Below are positions 45,834 to 58,509 of a DNA stretch of 64,000 nucleotides, in pieces. Within the stretch, counting starts at the first letter, position 1, and every line of letters begins with the position of its first letter. The notes under the pieces were generated by a model. That model was not told where the DNA came from. It did no database searches and saw nothing but the letters and a program-made list of their open reading frames with translations. The stretch is from NCBI GenBank assembly GCA_047495785.1, contig JBLDXI010000024.1:3844001-3908000 (forward strand), given 5' to 3'. Made by a program: the position numbers and the translations under genes. Source of the DNA: Lepidodermella squamata (taxonomy: Eukaryota > Animalia > Gastrotricha).

Positions 45834-46394
45834 TTTCTGCAGCGAAGACAACGGGAAATAATTGAAAGATCAGCGAAAGCATTACAGCAACAAACCTGGG
45901 ACCTGGGACAGCTGAATCAGCTGAGTTAGCCTGAGAACTGAACGCAGGCGGCGCGCAGCAGAAAACGCAGAACAAAAAAAAACAAAAATCCAAAGCGTGC
46001 GCCAGATGTTCAAGAACGAAATTTTTAAGCATAACAAAATTGACGGTGCAAACAAATCCTAATTCTTAATTGTGAAAATTCATTTTGGTAACCATGGCAT
46101 GCATTGTAAACAAAATAGTGAGAAAGGTTGTCAGTTTTTACCGCAAAAATTCACGTCACCGTGCTAATCCTCTACCAGTGCTTCTCGCGGGCAGAATTAT
46201 CGAGTGACGACCGATTCTTTTATTCTGCGACGTCGAAATAAGGAGAATATGCTGCCAGATGAACTCTTTGGCTTTTAATCCGGATTTCCAACCACCCTAA
46301 TTTGCATGTCAATGTCGATGCTTTTATCGCCCACCTATTACAAATTTTTATCCTCCGTCAGAGTTTAACCTATATATTAAAGTTCCCGATTACA

Positions 46395-47565
46395 ATGTCG
46401 AGAAGCAAGCCTGATGCAGGTGCGATAGTGATAAATGAAGTGTAGAGCTTTAATAATATTTTATTTCTTGTTTCAGGTCTATGGTATTATCACGCACCGG
46501 AGAGCACCAGACAGGGGATGCCAAAAGTTCATTATCCACCTCCGTCGCAAATTCCTGGACTGAATGGCCTCCCTGCTGACAATCAAGAAACTATCAACGA
46601 GGAAAGAGAAAAGAATGCGAAATTTTGGTTCAAGGATACGGACACACCTTACATTCGTTTGGCGAAATTGGGAGGTCGCAAAGGTTAGCAATAAGTCACC
46701 ATTACCACCTATTTACATTCAGAGTCTGTGTTTCATAGATTTGCTTGTTATCCCTGACAAATCTGAAAAGGAAGCTGGCGCTCCGCCGCCTAGTCAACAG
46801 AGAGTAGGTGCCCGTAATCACCAGCGATGCGATTGGTTTTATCAGCTGGACAACATGGCTGAAGATGCCGCTAGAAAGGGGAATGAGGAGCGAGTTGAAC
46901 ACAAGTTTCAGGTTCCCGAATACATGATGCACCATGAGCGAAAGCAGCGTGCTCCAGAAAATGGCCGCAACGCAACTGCTGCGCCATTTGCTACATACGG
47001 GAAAAATGTAACGGATTCAATTGACGGCGGCAATCCAACAGATAAAACTCGCAAAATTAAAGAGCCGCTGAAGCAAGGGTTTGGGCGAAGGCTTGCTAAA
47101 CAGAAGGAGGAAGATAACAGGTCGCATCATGGCTATTACCCGGCTGAATATGATGAAGAGCCGCAGCGTCAAATGCGTTCAGCGCCGAATCATGCCCCGC
47201 CTCGGTATGAGTACTCTAGGCCGCCGGCTGTTCCTGAGCCTCAGGGTCCCACAAACGATATGTCGAAGTTGTTGAGCTACGGCTATCAGCGTGAATGGGT
47301 TGACGAGCAGAACAAGTGGTGGAATGAAAATGAAAAGCGTGCTATTCGTTTTGCTGAGGATCACAATATGGACCCCAACCTGCCGCCAAAAACTATTATG
47401 AACGGCAACCCTTCATCCGGACCAGGTGTTACCGGCAGTGAATACAACCAGCAATACGCGCAATATCAGAAACCTGCTCCGCAGCCGATTAATACACGTC
47501 ACCTCGACGCTATGGCTAACGCTGAACGCATGGCTCACGGCCGTAATCCTTATCTTAACCAGTAA
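46395..47565 (+). CDS. C7orf57-like (DUF5524) protein, 3 exons
   Basis: WYYHAP, PPPSQIPGL, WFKDTDTPYIRLAKLGGRKDLL, PEYMMH, SKLLSYGYQREW. Confidence 0.8.
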
Positions 47566-48043
47566 AATTCAGAACCGCACAAGAAAAATGCATCGAAGAA
47601 GTATTACAGATGTCGTCTCAACTTTTCATGCATTCTAAAATATGATTTTAAATGAACTATCTTGGTGATATGATCATCTTCTGTGATAGTATATTCACCT
47701 CACAGTTCAGAGCATTCGCTTTATAATCATCTAATGTTTTTGTCGTCTTTTGAATCTTTTGAGACTATTTAATGTTACTTTGTTATCATCATAAATCTGG
47801 TTATACTCTTTATTGTTTGTTTTGTTCAAAATAATACTTAATTATATACAAAAAATCGAACACGCGGTCAAAATCCTCGCTTTCATTTACGCATGGAATA
47901 AAATCACTCAGATCGTGAACATTTTCATGTTTTATTTTCTAAAATGACCGGTTTGCTATGATAAAGGTAAAAATTGGAAGTGAAATATTAGGAGCTGCGT
48001 TTCACCGAGGTAAGAAAAAATACAGAACTATTTTAAATGGGCA

Positions 48044-50447
48044 TTAATTCGTAGCACAGGACCACGTATTTCCTTCGATTTTAGCTACGGCTTTCGTAAT
48101 TTCACGATTTCTCAGCAGTTGATAGGCTGCCTCGATTTCGGTTCGAAGTTCGCGATCTTCGTCCAAATACGGAATATTCCTACGTACCAGTTTATGCACG
48201 GCTTGCAGGGCCGGCGTCGTCGTCAGATCTCGAGAATTGTCCTCCAAGCGACGCAAATCCAAAGCTTGACAAGCGCACACAAGTTCAATCGCAACAACTT
48301 GAAAAAAATCAGGAAATTATAAATAATTTTGCCGAAATAATTTTTTTACCGTGCTCGACATTTTCAATGACGCTTAAAGCTTTCCGAGCTCCCCAACCGC
48401 CCATTGAGACGTGATCTTCTTGATTAGCACTCGTAGGTATTGAATCGACCGAAGCTGGGTGACACAAAGTCTTGTTTTCAGAAACTAAAAAAAGAATGTT
48501 AACACAATTTTAGAAAAATTCCAGGAATTTACCTAAAGCAGCAGCGCAATATTGAGCGATCATGTAGCCTGATTTAAGGCCAGGATTTGGGGTCAGAAAA
48601 GCTGGCAATTTTTGGCTCAGGCTTGGGTTGACAAGGCGCTCTGTACGCCGTTCTGACATGTTGCCAATGTCGTGCACGGACATGGCGAGCATATCCATGG
48701 CTTTGGCCGGATATTGGCCGTGAAAATTGCCCCCGGAGACAACGTCGTCGCGATGTTGAAACACAAGCTGGGGCAATAAAAATTTTACAATCGAATACAA
48801 TATTCCTATTGATGATTCATACTGGATTATCGGTGACTGCGTTGATTTCTTCGTTGATAAGCTCGGTTACGAAGCGAAGCACGTCGTAGACTACGCCGAG
48901 GACTTGGGGAATGCAGCGGATCGAATAGGCGTCTTGAACGTGATCACGGCCCATGTGCGTATCTACAATGGAAAAATCGAAAAATATATTCTCAATGGTT
49001 GATTTTAATCAGAAAACTTTTAGAATTTAGAGCCAGAATTGACAGAAATTTCAATTAAATTTTTCTATTTTTTCATTTATTCGGATTGAAAAATTAAAAA
49101 ATTCACATGTTTTTTCTTCAAGGTCAGAAACGAAAATTGATCATGAAGTGAGAAATTAATTGAGCCCCATTTAATTTTATTTTAAGTTTCAACTTTCACT
49201 AGAATATTTTTGATTCACGTCGGAACGCGTAAAATTACGCGCACTGCGATATTGTTGAAAAGCAAAAAACAGGATATTGTTAAAAATGAATTGCGATATT
49301 TTTGCGATAAATCTTAGGAAACATTGCCCATTATAAACGGAAATGAGTGGCCAAGGTGGCCACAAACAAAATCTTGGCCATAATGCGACAAAAAAATGTT
49401 CCCTCAAAACATTTTGTAGCAAACAGAAAAATTACTGAACATTTCGATGCCTTATACTTGTTTGCTCACCGAAAAGAGCAGATTTATTGCTATCATTCGG
49501 CAGTAATTGGCGAAGCCTAGCCGCAACAACACTTTGACCCTTATGCCGTCTAGCTGCATGCAAGTCACGATCGAACGCTGACGGGATGCCCTTCAACGCT
49601 TCGATACTCATCGCTGCAACGATAACGGCCTGGTCTAGGATTGCCTGGCTCCTCGCGATCGCCTCAGTCGCCAGCGATGTGATGAACTGCGTGCCGTTAA
49701 TCAGCGCCAGGCCTTCTTTCGGCCCAAGATCGGTCAGTTTTGCCGTAATTTCCGATCGATCGCCACTTATTAGCTCACCCTCGCCGAAAACTCCGAGGGT
49801 TAAATGGGAGAGGGGTGCCAGGTCACCGCTAGCTCCGACTGTGCCTTGCAGCGGGACTAAGGGTAGCCGGTTGCTGTTGAATGCCTCCATCATAGCTTGG
49901 ACGGTCTCGAGCCGGGCACCGCTGTGGCCCTGGCATATTGTATTGATTCGAAGAACCAGCATGCGACGAACACCTTCGGCTGACATAGCCGGGCCAACAC
50001 CGGCCGCTGATTGCCGCACAAGGTTAACTTGAAGAGAGCTTAAGGAAATTGAAAACAACAAATTAATAATTGGAATTAAATTTTTTTCGATTCCCCAAGT
50101 AGAAATGGCTCGAAAATTCGATTTCGAAAAACATTGAAAACTTTGAAAAATCGAACTACCTACCGCATTTCATCATCATTAACCCGATGCTTGGAAAGCT
50201 CGCCGAATCCTGTATTGACGCCATAAATTCGACGACCTGAACTTGCGATTTTGGTCAAAGTTGCATGAGCCCTTCGTATTCTTTCAATTGCCTCGGGAGC
50301 GAGCTTGAATTATATTGAAATTAGTTATTTTTTTAAATTAATTTGATTAAAATTAACATCTATCCGATAAGCACCGGTTCCAAGTTCGACAACATCGTTG
50401 ATGTTAAGATCGCGATCGCCTATAATTTTGACCGGCCGGTTGTCCAT
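48044..50447 (-). CDS. HAL: Histidine ammonia-lyase (histidase), multi-exon
   Basis: [23 protein letters not shown] (MIO-forming ASG), [38 protein letters not shown]. Confidence 0.95.
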
Positions 50448-50958
50448 TTGACCTATTAGTTAGCAAAATTTGACCGACGAAATCTGATTTTTTTCAATTT
50501 AAAAAAACTAAAAAGTTGTACTGATGCGTACGCGAGTCGGAGTTATCATCCCGAGGAAAACAAGCATCGCCGCTGCTGTCAGGAGCCACACCGAAAATTT
50601 GCATTTCACCACAGCAGCAGCAGTAGCATGCACTTGCGCGGAGCATGAACGCTTCCAGGCAGGTACGCAGCAACAATGGAAAAAAACCGATAGAGGGTGT
50701 GCCACACACAATTTAGCCGGAAGAACCAGACACTGTTGATATGCAGTAATGAACTGTTGCCGAAACTGCACTTGACCAGGTATACTCGGATAGAAAAAAG
50801 TGAAAACACTGTATTTGGCGTCATCAAATTTTATTTTCATTGCTAACAATCAAACGCGAGAAAAATAATTAAATTGCGCAACAATCGAAAAATCGAAAAA
50901 TTATCACACACACAATTTTTAAGGCGGATTTTTTTAATACGCGTCATTATGATTTATT

Positions 50959-53900
50959 TCAATAGTAAATGCACCGGACTTTGTGATACGGCACCGATCG
51001 AAGTTCGACACCGTGGTCTCGGCGGTAGTCCCATAAATAGTGATCGATCAAAATAACATTGAGAGCTATTTCACCGGCTCCAAGTTTGCGGTCAACTCGC
51101 AGCTCTTTCATTTTCTCATACAACAACTGCAAAAAAACAGAAAAAACACATTGAAAATTTTCATTTTCTTCAAATATTTTTACATCAACTGCATGAATGG
51201 TGCAGCCTCGAATTTCGCATTCCATCGGATCGCCGAAAGTGAAAACTTTCTCGTCTTTCAATTGTCGGTTCAGCTCTTCCGAGTAGGTCAAAACGCCGAA
51301 ATGAACAAGAACTTGCGGGATGCGATAGTCGGCGAACATGGTTATCGAATCAATGTCGTGGAAAGAGCCGAGGCCTTCGCCCTCAAAGCACGCCCACAAA
51401 TCGGCGATGAGAATTTGCGCGCGCTTGTAGAACGCAACACGCCGGCCTTCGATGACAGCTTCATCGCGGAATGCTTCGAAATTATCGACAATAATTTTCA
51501 GCAGGGCCTGGGCACTGCCCTTTGCTTGTTTTATGCAGTTAACAAAGGAACCATCGAATTTCTAAGAAAAAATTGAGCAAAATTGATGGAAGTGAACGAA
51601 AAACTAGAATCTTTCAACAATTCAGATTTTTGCCGAAGGTTATAAGTCGGGCTTCGCTCATCAAGGTCCGAAATTTGAATTTTATGAGCGAAGAGGTAAT
51701 TCCTAATTTTTCTGTAAATTTAGAGAATTTTTCTATTTTTTTTCTGGGTTTTTAGCAATTTAACCCAGCACGACCTGGAGCCTTCTGACTTCCGACTGTG
51801 CCCCCGATCACGATTTTCTCCTCACCATTGCAGTTTCATTAAATGCAGTTCGAACTATTTAGAACTACGAAATGGTCAAATTCATACTGCAAATCTTGAG
51901 ACGAGCGCTGGCTAAGGTAACAGATGAGACGTTGGCCACGGAGTTAACCAACCAAGGCGTCCCGGTGGCTCCGGCTAAGTGCTGAAATGGAAAATGACGT
52001 TACTAACAGACTACAGAAGAGCTCTTGCAGCCCTAAAAAACGAATGGCTTATTCGCTGTCCATAACCAAAGCAAATAACAACATAGAGAGTCCAACACAG
52101 TCCCAAGTCTTTTCAGCCTAAAAGCTTTTTTCAGAACGCGAGGCTCCGAACCGTGTTGCATCGGTTTCAAATCACGTGGAACGCCAACACGGCATCCAGG
52201 CCGGCCAACCAACCGACCATGACTGTTTCTCGTTCCATGCAACCTTTCTGTGCGCCACACTACCCAACGAGCACCCGGACATTGTACTGGACACGACGAG
52301 CCTACGCAACAACCGCTCGCCGGAGCGTTTGTTGCCGGTGTGAAAATCTTGGCTTTGCATGTGCTTGTGGACGTGTCGGCTACCAAAACCATTACCAGAC
52401 CCAGAACGAGGATCCACTTTTGGATCTAGAGACTATCACTTGAAACTTTACGCTGGAGTATACTAAAAATAAGTCTTTGGGAAAAGATACCCTTGGATCT
52501 TTCATGTAAAATTTTTCGCTCAAGGCTGGATTGTCGAAAATTTACACTAATCACTGCCTCAGATCCTCTTGTGTTGTGAATTTGATGCGAGTGGGGATAC
52601 CTGAGTCCGAGATAACACAAATTACCGGCCACCGTTCCGTTGATTCTATGGCACCGTATGCCTCAAGTAATCGGCCTATGTAGAGCGTAGAGTGTAGCAC
52701 TAGACTGTAGCGATCAGACGACCGAAATCAGGCGGCATTATACATTTTCCGCGCTGTCTAAAGCTGGGTTCACGGACTCGCGATTTTTCGCGCTCGACAG
52801 TCGCGCACTTATTCACGGACTTGACGATGTCGCGCGTGTCGCGACGGCGAAAATCGCCTGTTTTGGGTGCGACAACGTGACAAGTTCGAAGCAATTAGTC
52901 AATAATAATAAAAATAATAATATTAGCAATAAAGCAACGGAAAATAAATATGTAAAAAGCATGTTTAAATTACGGGCCGATTTTTAAAATGCTATCAGCT
53001 CCTGCGGCGCCGGGCGGCAATCGGCCACCAGCCAAACGCCCGGCCAGTAGCCAAGTCGACGATGTACCAAAAATTTTTCAAAAGCTCGAGTCGCTGGAGT
53101 AAACTCATACACCTAGTGAGACATCAGCGGCACCTTTCCCACAACAATAATTTTCCCATTCGGCTTTCGTATTCGCATACAGCGAACCTTCGAAGATCGA
53201 GTTAATCCTTAGGTAGAAAAAAGTAAGAAAATGAATAAAGTGAATACGCTGGTAATCATGAAAAAATAAACGCGTTTTTCTTTAATAAAAATAATGAAAT
53301 TGCAAAGTAAAAAAGGTGTAGCTGTGTGTCGCGTCGCTGTTTTCGTGCGGCACACCCGCGACAGTCGCGTTGTCGCCTTGAGCCCTAGCTTTAACGTGAA
53401 CCTAGCTTTAGAACGCCTGCCTGTTTTTCAGACGGCGCCGATTGGCTGATCAGACGGGTATTGAAAATTGACGATTTTCGTGTTGAAATCGAGTTTACGA
53501 AGTAAAAACCAGCAACTTGCAAAGTTTTTGAAGCTTAGGAAAAAGTGGATTTTGACACATTCAATTGTATTCAATTTTATCGCCAAATTAGCGTCACGAA
53601 CCAAGAGAAGGAAATTCAAATATTGAAGTACGAACTGCAATGTGAGCGCGAGAATCGAAAAGAGTTCGAAGAGCGGGCTAATGCTTTCATGCTTTTCATG
53701 CGTTGCCAACCATTTGGACACATGGCACGAAATCGCATCGAAGAAGAGCGATGTCTGAGATGTCACCGCAAACACTTTCGCCAACATCGCCAACAGTCAC
53801 GACTTGCTGTTGCTGTTGCAATTCCGACGGGCATCGACAGATTTGATTGGCGCCATATTATGGGTTTTGCATATTTTATGTTTTTAAACTACACAATTCA

Positions 53901-56900
53901 TTCAGAAAACTGTGGAGGAATGCCCAAGGGATCTCCAGGTTATCAGTTCGTATTGTTGATTAGGTATATTAGGATTTGCTTTATTATTTTCCAAATGAAC
54001 CACATGGTTCACATGCATTCTTTCAAAAATTGAACAACGTGCGCTTGACCCTGCATTTCAGCAAAATCAAGAGCTGTTTTGTTTTCATCATTTTTCTCGT
54101 AGACAGACGACGGGTCTTTGCCGACCAAGAATTGCACAATATCGAGATGGCCAGTCATTGCCGCCGCCATCAACACTGTTATCCTTTCGTCGGAGCGGTA
54201 CTCATGCTTGCACTTACCGTATAGCAGTTCCACAACTTCAAGAGTACCAGCCATCGCTGCAGGCAAAATCGGCGGCATATCTTCATTGGGATCGTCAGGC
54301 GTGAACCACGCGCATTTCGGATCTTCCTCTAGAAAAAACTTGACAATATCCACATGGCCTAAAGTCGCTGCGAAGCCAAGAGCGCTAAAGCGATCGACGG
54401 GCGGGCTCATTTTGAGCAGGTATCTACACATTTCAAGGTGGTTGTTCCGTGCTGCCTCGCGGAGAGGGGCGCCTTCCTTTCCCAGCGACTCGGTAACGAC
54501 CTCCGGATTCTGCGCTCTGAGGAACTCTGCGATGTTAAGGTGGCCATTCTGGCATGCCAATGCAAAAGCTGTGCATTGGTCCTCATCCTTGCAGCTATTT
54601 GCCTCTGGGTATCGATCGATGAGATACTGAGCGCACTCATAATGACCCCATTCCACTGCCCAGTGCAAAGGATACCGTTTTCTATCGTCGATGAACTGAA
54701 AAAGCGCAGGGGATCGCTCATTCAAAAACTTCAAAATATCAAGATCTCCTTTTTTCGCAGCTAAGTGGGCCATGTATATTTTTCTGTCTTCAATCAAGTC
54801 AGGCCAAACTTCAACTATTCGCCTCAACATTTTAAGATGGGTTCTCCGAGTTGCTACCGTCGCAACTAGCCCCTTCAACTTAGTATCAGTACAGGATTCA
54901 ATTAAAGCTTCAAACCCTTCTATGTCTCCGTGAAAGGCTTTGATAATAATTTCAGGGTGCCATTTTTTCGGGTCGCTGAACTCAGACTCCCAAATAATTT
55001 CCTTGCCCACCTCCATCAAGCCTATAATTCTTGTCAGTAGCGGTACGCGGTGAAACATCTGGAAATCGCGGGATCTTTCATTTACCAAATCAACCAAAAG
55101 GCAAGAAAATTCATGGTTATCTTGCCTTTCATAGAAGATTTGATAGAATTCATTTCGGGGTATGGTATTATAGAGCTTGTTGAAAGCGAGTTTAAGAAAG
55201 GTGTAACACTGATTCGGAACATATTCTATGTCTGGCGCCTTCCGCATTTTTTCCTCCCACTTTGCATCACCCCATTTGAAGTTGTAAAAGTACTGAGCAA
55301 GACTTCGACCGTCAGTTTGCTTACTTTTCGTCAAAAGTAGTTTTTGGAGACTAGCTGGGTCAAGTTTTTGAATAATTCTCTCAATCAAGATTCTACGCCT
55401 GTATTTTAAGGCGGCTAATGTAATGGCTAACTGATCATTTTTTGGCAGATTGCTATCTGGACTGTTCATCTCGTTGAAAATGAGTCGCTTCCGAATTTCT
55501 AGCAGGCATTCATCCTCTGAACCTTTGAGCCCCAACTCGGATCTAGCTTTCTCTTGAGCGGATTCCCAGAGCATTTGATGGAGCAAAAAACGATCTTCTA
55601 CCCGGTCATCCAACTCAGTTTCACTAACATCTTGCTCATCCTGGTCATCTTCGTCCGGCTCGTGAACCAACTTTTTAACACGCCTAACTAACGATCTCTT
55701 CTCGAAAGCGCGACAGATCCCGCGGAGGCCACAGCGATTCTCTTCATCCAGATCGAAGCCCCAGAGCACTCCGAGGTCGAAAATTGAAACAGGCTCAGCT
55801 GGGTTGAATAGTAAAAACGCGTAGTAGAGACACCGTAGACTTGCATCCATTTGGTCCAAACTGAAAGTGAACAGGCTTGAGACAGTCTTGAAAGACCGAT
55901 TCTGCGTTTTCAGGTCTCTTATTCGATATTGAGGCGAGATGAGCCGCTTATACTCAGCTCTGACCTCAGTTTTATCCTCGCAGTTGGCAATTCTAGCCGC
56001 CATTAAGCTGGCGATGAGAGGGAGGCCGCAGCAAAGACTCGCGAGTTTCATGAGCTGGTCATCGGTCATAACGCCGTGAAGTTTAAACGTCGATTTCAAC
56101 ATATCTTTAATGCCATCATCGGTCAGTTCTTCAACCCGTTCGACCTTCTGAACTATGGTGAAATCTGCATCGATGATTTTTTGAGCATCTCTCGTCACAA
56201 TGAAGCAAATGGGTGGGTCGTTGAATTTTTCTAGGAATGAAACGATAAGGCGATGGTTGAACATATCGTCCAGAACGAAGGCGATTCGCAGATTCTTTTT
56301 GCGGTAATAACTCGCCACGCTCTGAAGGTTCGAGAAAGAAGCTGATTTATCTGAATCTTCCATGTCCTTTGCTAAATTGACGATTTTATCAACGAAAGGC
56401 TTCTCTTCAAAGTGATCTCGCCAATCGAAGCAGTTGACCCATATCACCCGATTCAAGTTGCACTCTTGAACGTAAAAGCTAGACCTGTTTTCATCTGTGA
56501 CCAAACGAGCGACGAGGGTTGTCTTTCCAACCCCGCCATCGCCACTGATTACTAAGCAGCCTTCTTCCGGAGTTTGAGATGCAACTTTTATTTGTTGCAA
56601 AATGCGCTCTTCGTCTTCAGTTCGGCTGAAGTACTTGGATTTCGAGAAGAATGGCACTCCAATAGCTTTGAAGCTACAAAAGTATTTGTTTTTGTTGTTA
56701 AATTATCCTAATTTTAGGTGGACTAACTTGAATGAGCTGGTTTTCTCTACAGGCGCATTGCCCTTTGTTGAAGCCATAGTCTTGGGTCCAACCATAGATT
56801 TTACAGTTTGGATAATTTTAGCAGCACAGTCTTGGAAGTTGTCCCCTTCGCAATAATCAAATCGAAGCTGCGATTTGAAGATGAACAAGAGCCATCCATC

Positions 56901-58421
56901 GGGTCGATAGCCTTTCTCGACCCTAATCGGTAGGATTTCTTTATTCTTATTGGCGGCATACTCAATTTCTCGTCTACAGTTCGGGCTGAGAGAGTATTCT
57001 TGACTGAAAAAGCAGATTACAATATCTGACTCGTCGATGCCCTGTTTGACAATTTTTGAACTAATTTCTTCTTGAATATGTGAATCCTACCTTAGCCATA
57101 GACTCATAAGCGTAACCACTGATATTTTGCATATCGATCCAAACTGTCAAATCAGACTGGTTCATGAGGTAATTGGCCATTTCATGAACAGCTTCCTTGC
57201 GACTATGCCAGCAATAACTTATGAAGATGTTAATTTTCGCGGATTCCTTGGCGATATTTGCAGATGGCGGCTTTGTAACAGCATTGTCAATTTTAGAGAC
57301 AAATCTGCGAAGGATTCCGTCTCGATTGTCAACAGGGCTTCGCACGATTTTCGAAGATTGGACGCGCTTATAGTCGTTATCAAGTTGCTCATCATCAGTT
57401 AAATCATCCATTACGGTTACAAGCGAAAAAATGCTTCACGCATGAGGATAGTAATTTGAGCATAAAAATGATAATCGATATTTTGCAGGTGCACAACGTT
57501 TTTTATGGCATTCTTGCGATAAATAATTCATTATCCGATAAAATCGAAGGTGTAAGGTCGAGCGAAACTGAAACACCATATTGAGCAAATTTAATGCAAT
57601 TTAGCCCAGAAACGGGACATTTCTTGCTCTCAACTCATCAAGAAAGTCTTAAGATCCACCTTAACAAGAATTTCTGATTAAGAAAAATTAGGAATTTTCA
57701 CTCGAATTTTGATCGATTTTGATCGATTTCATCGATCAGATGAATTGATCATACTCACTAAGACTCCTAATTAGTAATATACCTCGTTAAGTACCCGGCC
57801 AGCCTGTCGTAATGCTTCCAATCGCTGCGGCATCAACGGCATCGGGTCACCTGAATCTGGCTTCAGAAAAGTGTTGAGATCATTCTCGCTGATATCAGCG
57901 AAGAATTTCGCATCCAAAATCGGCATTCCTTGCTGAAAAAATCATGAATTAACAAAAATATTTCAAAATCGTGCTAAATATTTTACGTCAACTGCTCGGT
58001 CAATGGCAGCAGCTAGAGCCATGAACCCAGTGTAATTCTCGCCTTTGTATTTGATGACGCACTTTTTGCGGTCATCATCGTTCCAGAAATTAAAATTCAG
58101 CACATCGCAGATGAAAATCCAAGCAACTGCATTATCATCCGCGACCTTCGGGAATAAATCTGACAAATATTGACCGAAAAAAATCAGCTATTCTGAAAGC
58201 TTTATGACCAAATTTACCGTGTTCCTTCCAACTTTTCAGACTGTATACGTTCGAGTCACCAACTTCAAGCAACTGTTACAAAGATATTATTAAGATGGAT
58301 TGATCAATTGGGTTTAATGACTGACATGCTTCGCCAATTTTTCAACAGCAGCAGAATCGATTTTCACATGCTGAGCCTTTGAGGCAATGAATTGGGCCGA
58401 TTCCCTCACCAGGTTAGCCAT
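50959..58421 (-). CDS. QNG1: Queuosine 5'-phosphate N-glycosylase / queuosine salvage protein (C9orf64, DUF2419); 6.2-kb intron 51562-57780
   Basis: RESAQFIA, WIFICDVLNFNFW, FRD, FYKRAQILIADLW, TMFADYRIPQVL, EIRG, IDHYLW, PYHKVRCIYY. Confidence 0.93.
53690..53790 (+). mobile_element. Degenerate zinc-knuckle fragment, LINE ORF1/gag-like
   Basis: RCQPFGHMARNR..EERCLRCHRKH resembles tandem CCHC knuckles with some Cys lost. Confidence 0.4.
54009..57411 (-). CDS. TIR - NB-ARC - ankyrin-repeat NLR-like protein (1099 aa; exons 57091-57411, 56728-57041, 54009-56673), nested in the QNG1 intron
   Basis: TIR: IFISYCW, VWID, SPNCRREIEYA. STAND: GDGGVGKT, FVLDDM, IVTR, CCGLPL, LHQ. About eight ANK repeats. 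The three exons splice in frame (3300 nt). Confidence 0.9.
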
Positions 58422-58509
58422 GAATAAATTAAACTAAGAACTAACAAAAATTCACGACTTGAGAAATGATGCTAAAATGATCATGATATTTTTATTTGAA
58501 TTTTCCAAA

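Noticed and set aside
48044-50447. HAL as a bacterial hutH horizontal transfer, since it lacks the vertebrate N-terminal extension
   Set aside because: It has multiple spliceosomal introns and animal-type motifs ([23 protein letters not shown])
51765-51835. U1 snRNA-like words (ACCTGG, GATCACGA, CCATTGCA)
   Set aside because: No ATACTTACCTG 5' end, wrong stem pairing and no Sm site
50959-58421. Functional link between queuosine metabolism and the nested NLR, by analogy with bacterial deazaguanine/QueC defence systems
   Set aside because: QNG1 is a housekeeping salvage glycosylase and nothing in the sequence supports more than positional nesting
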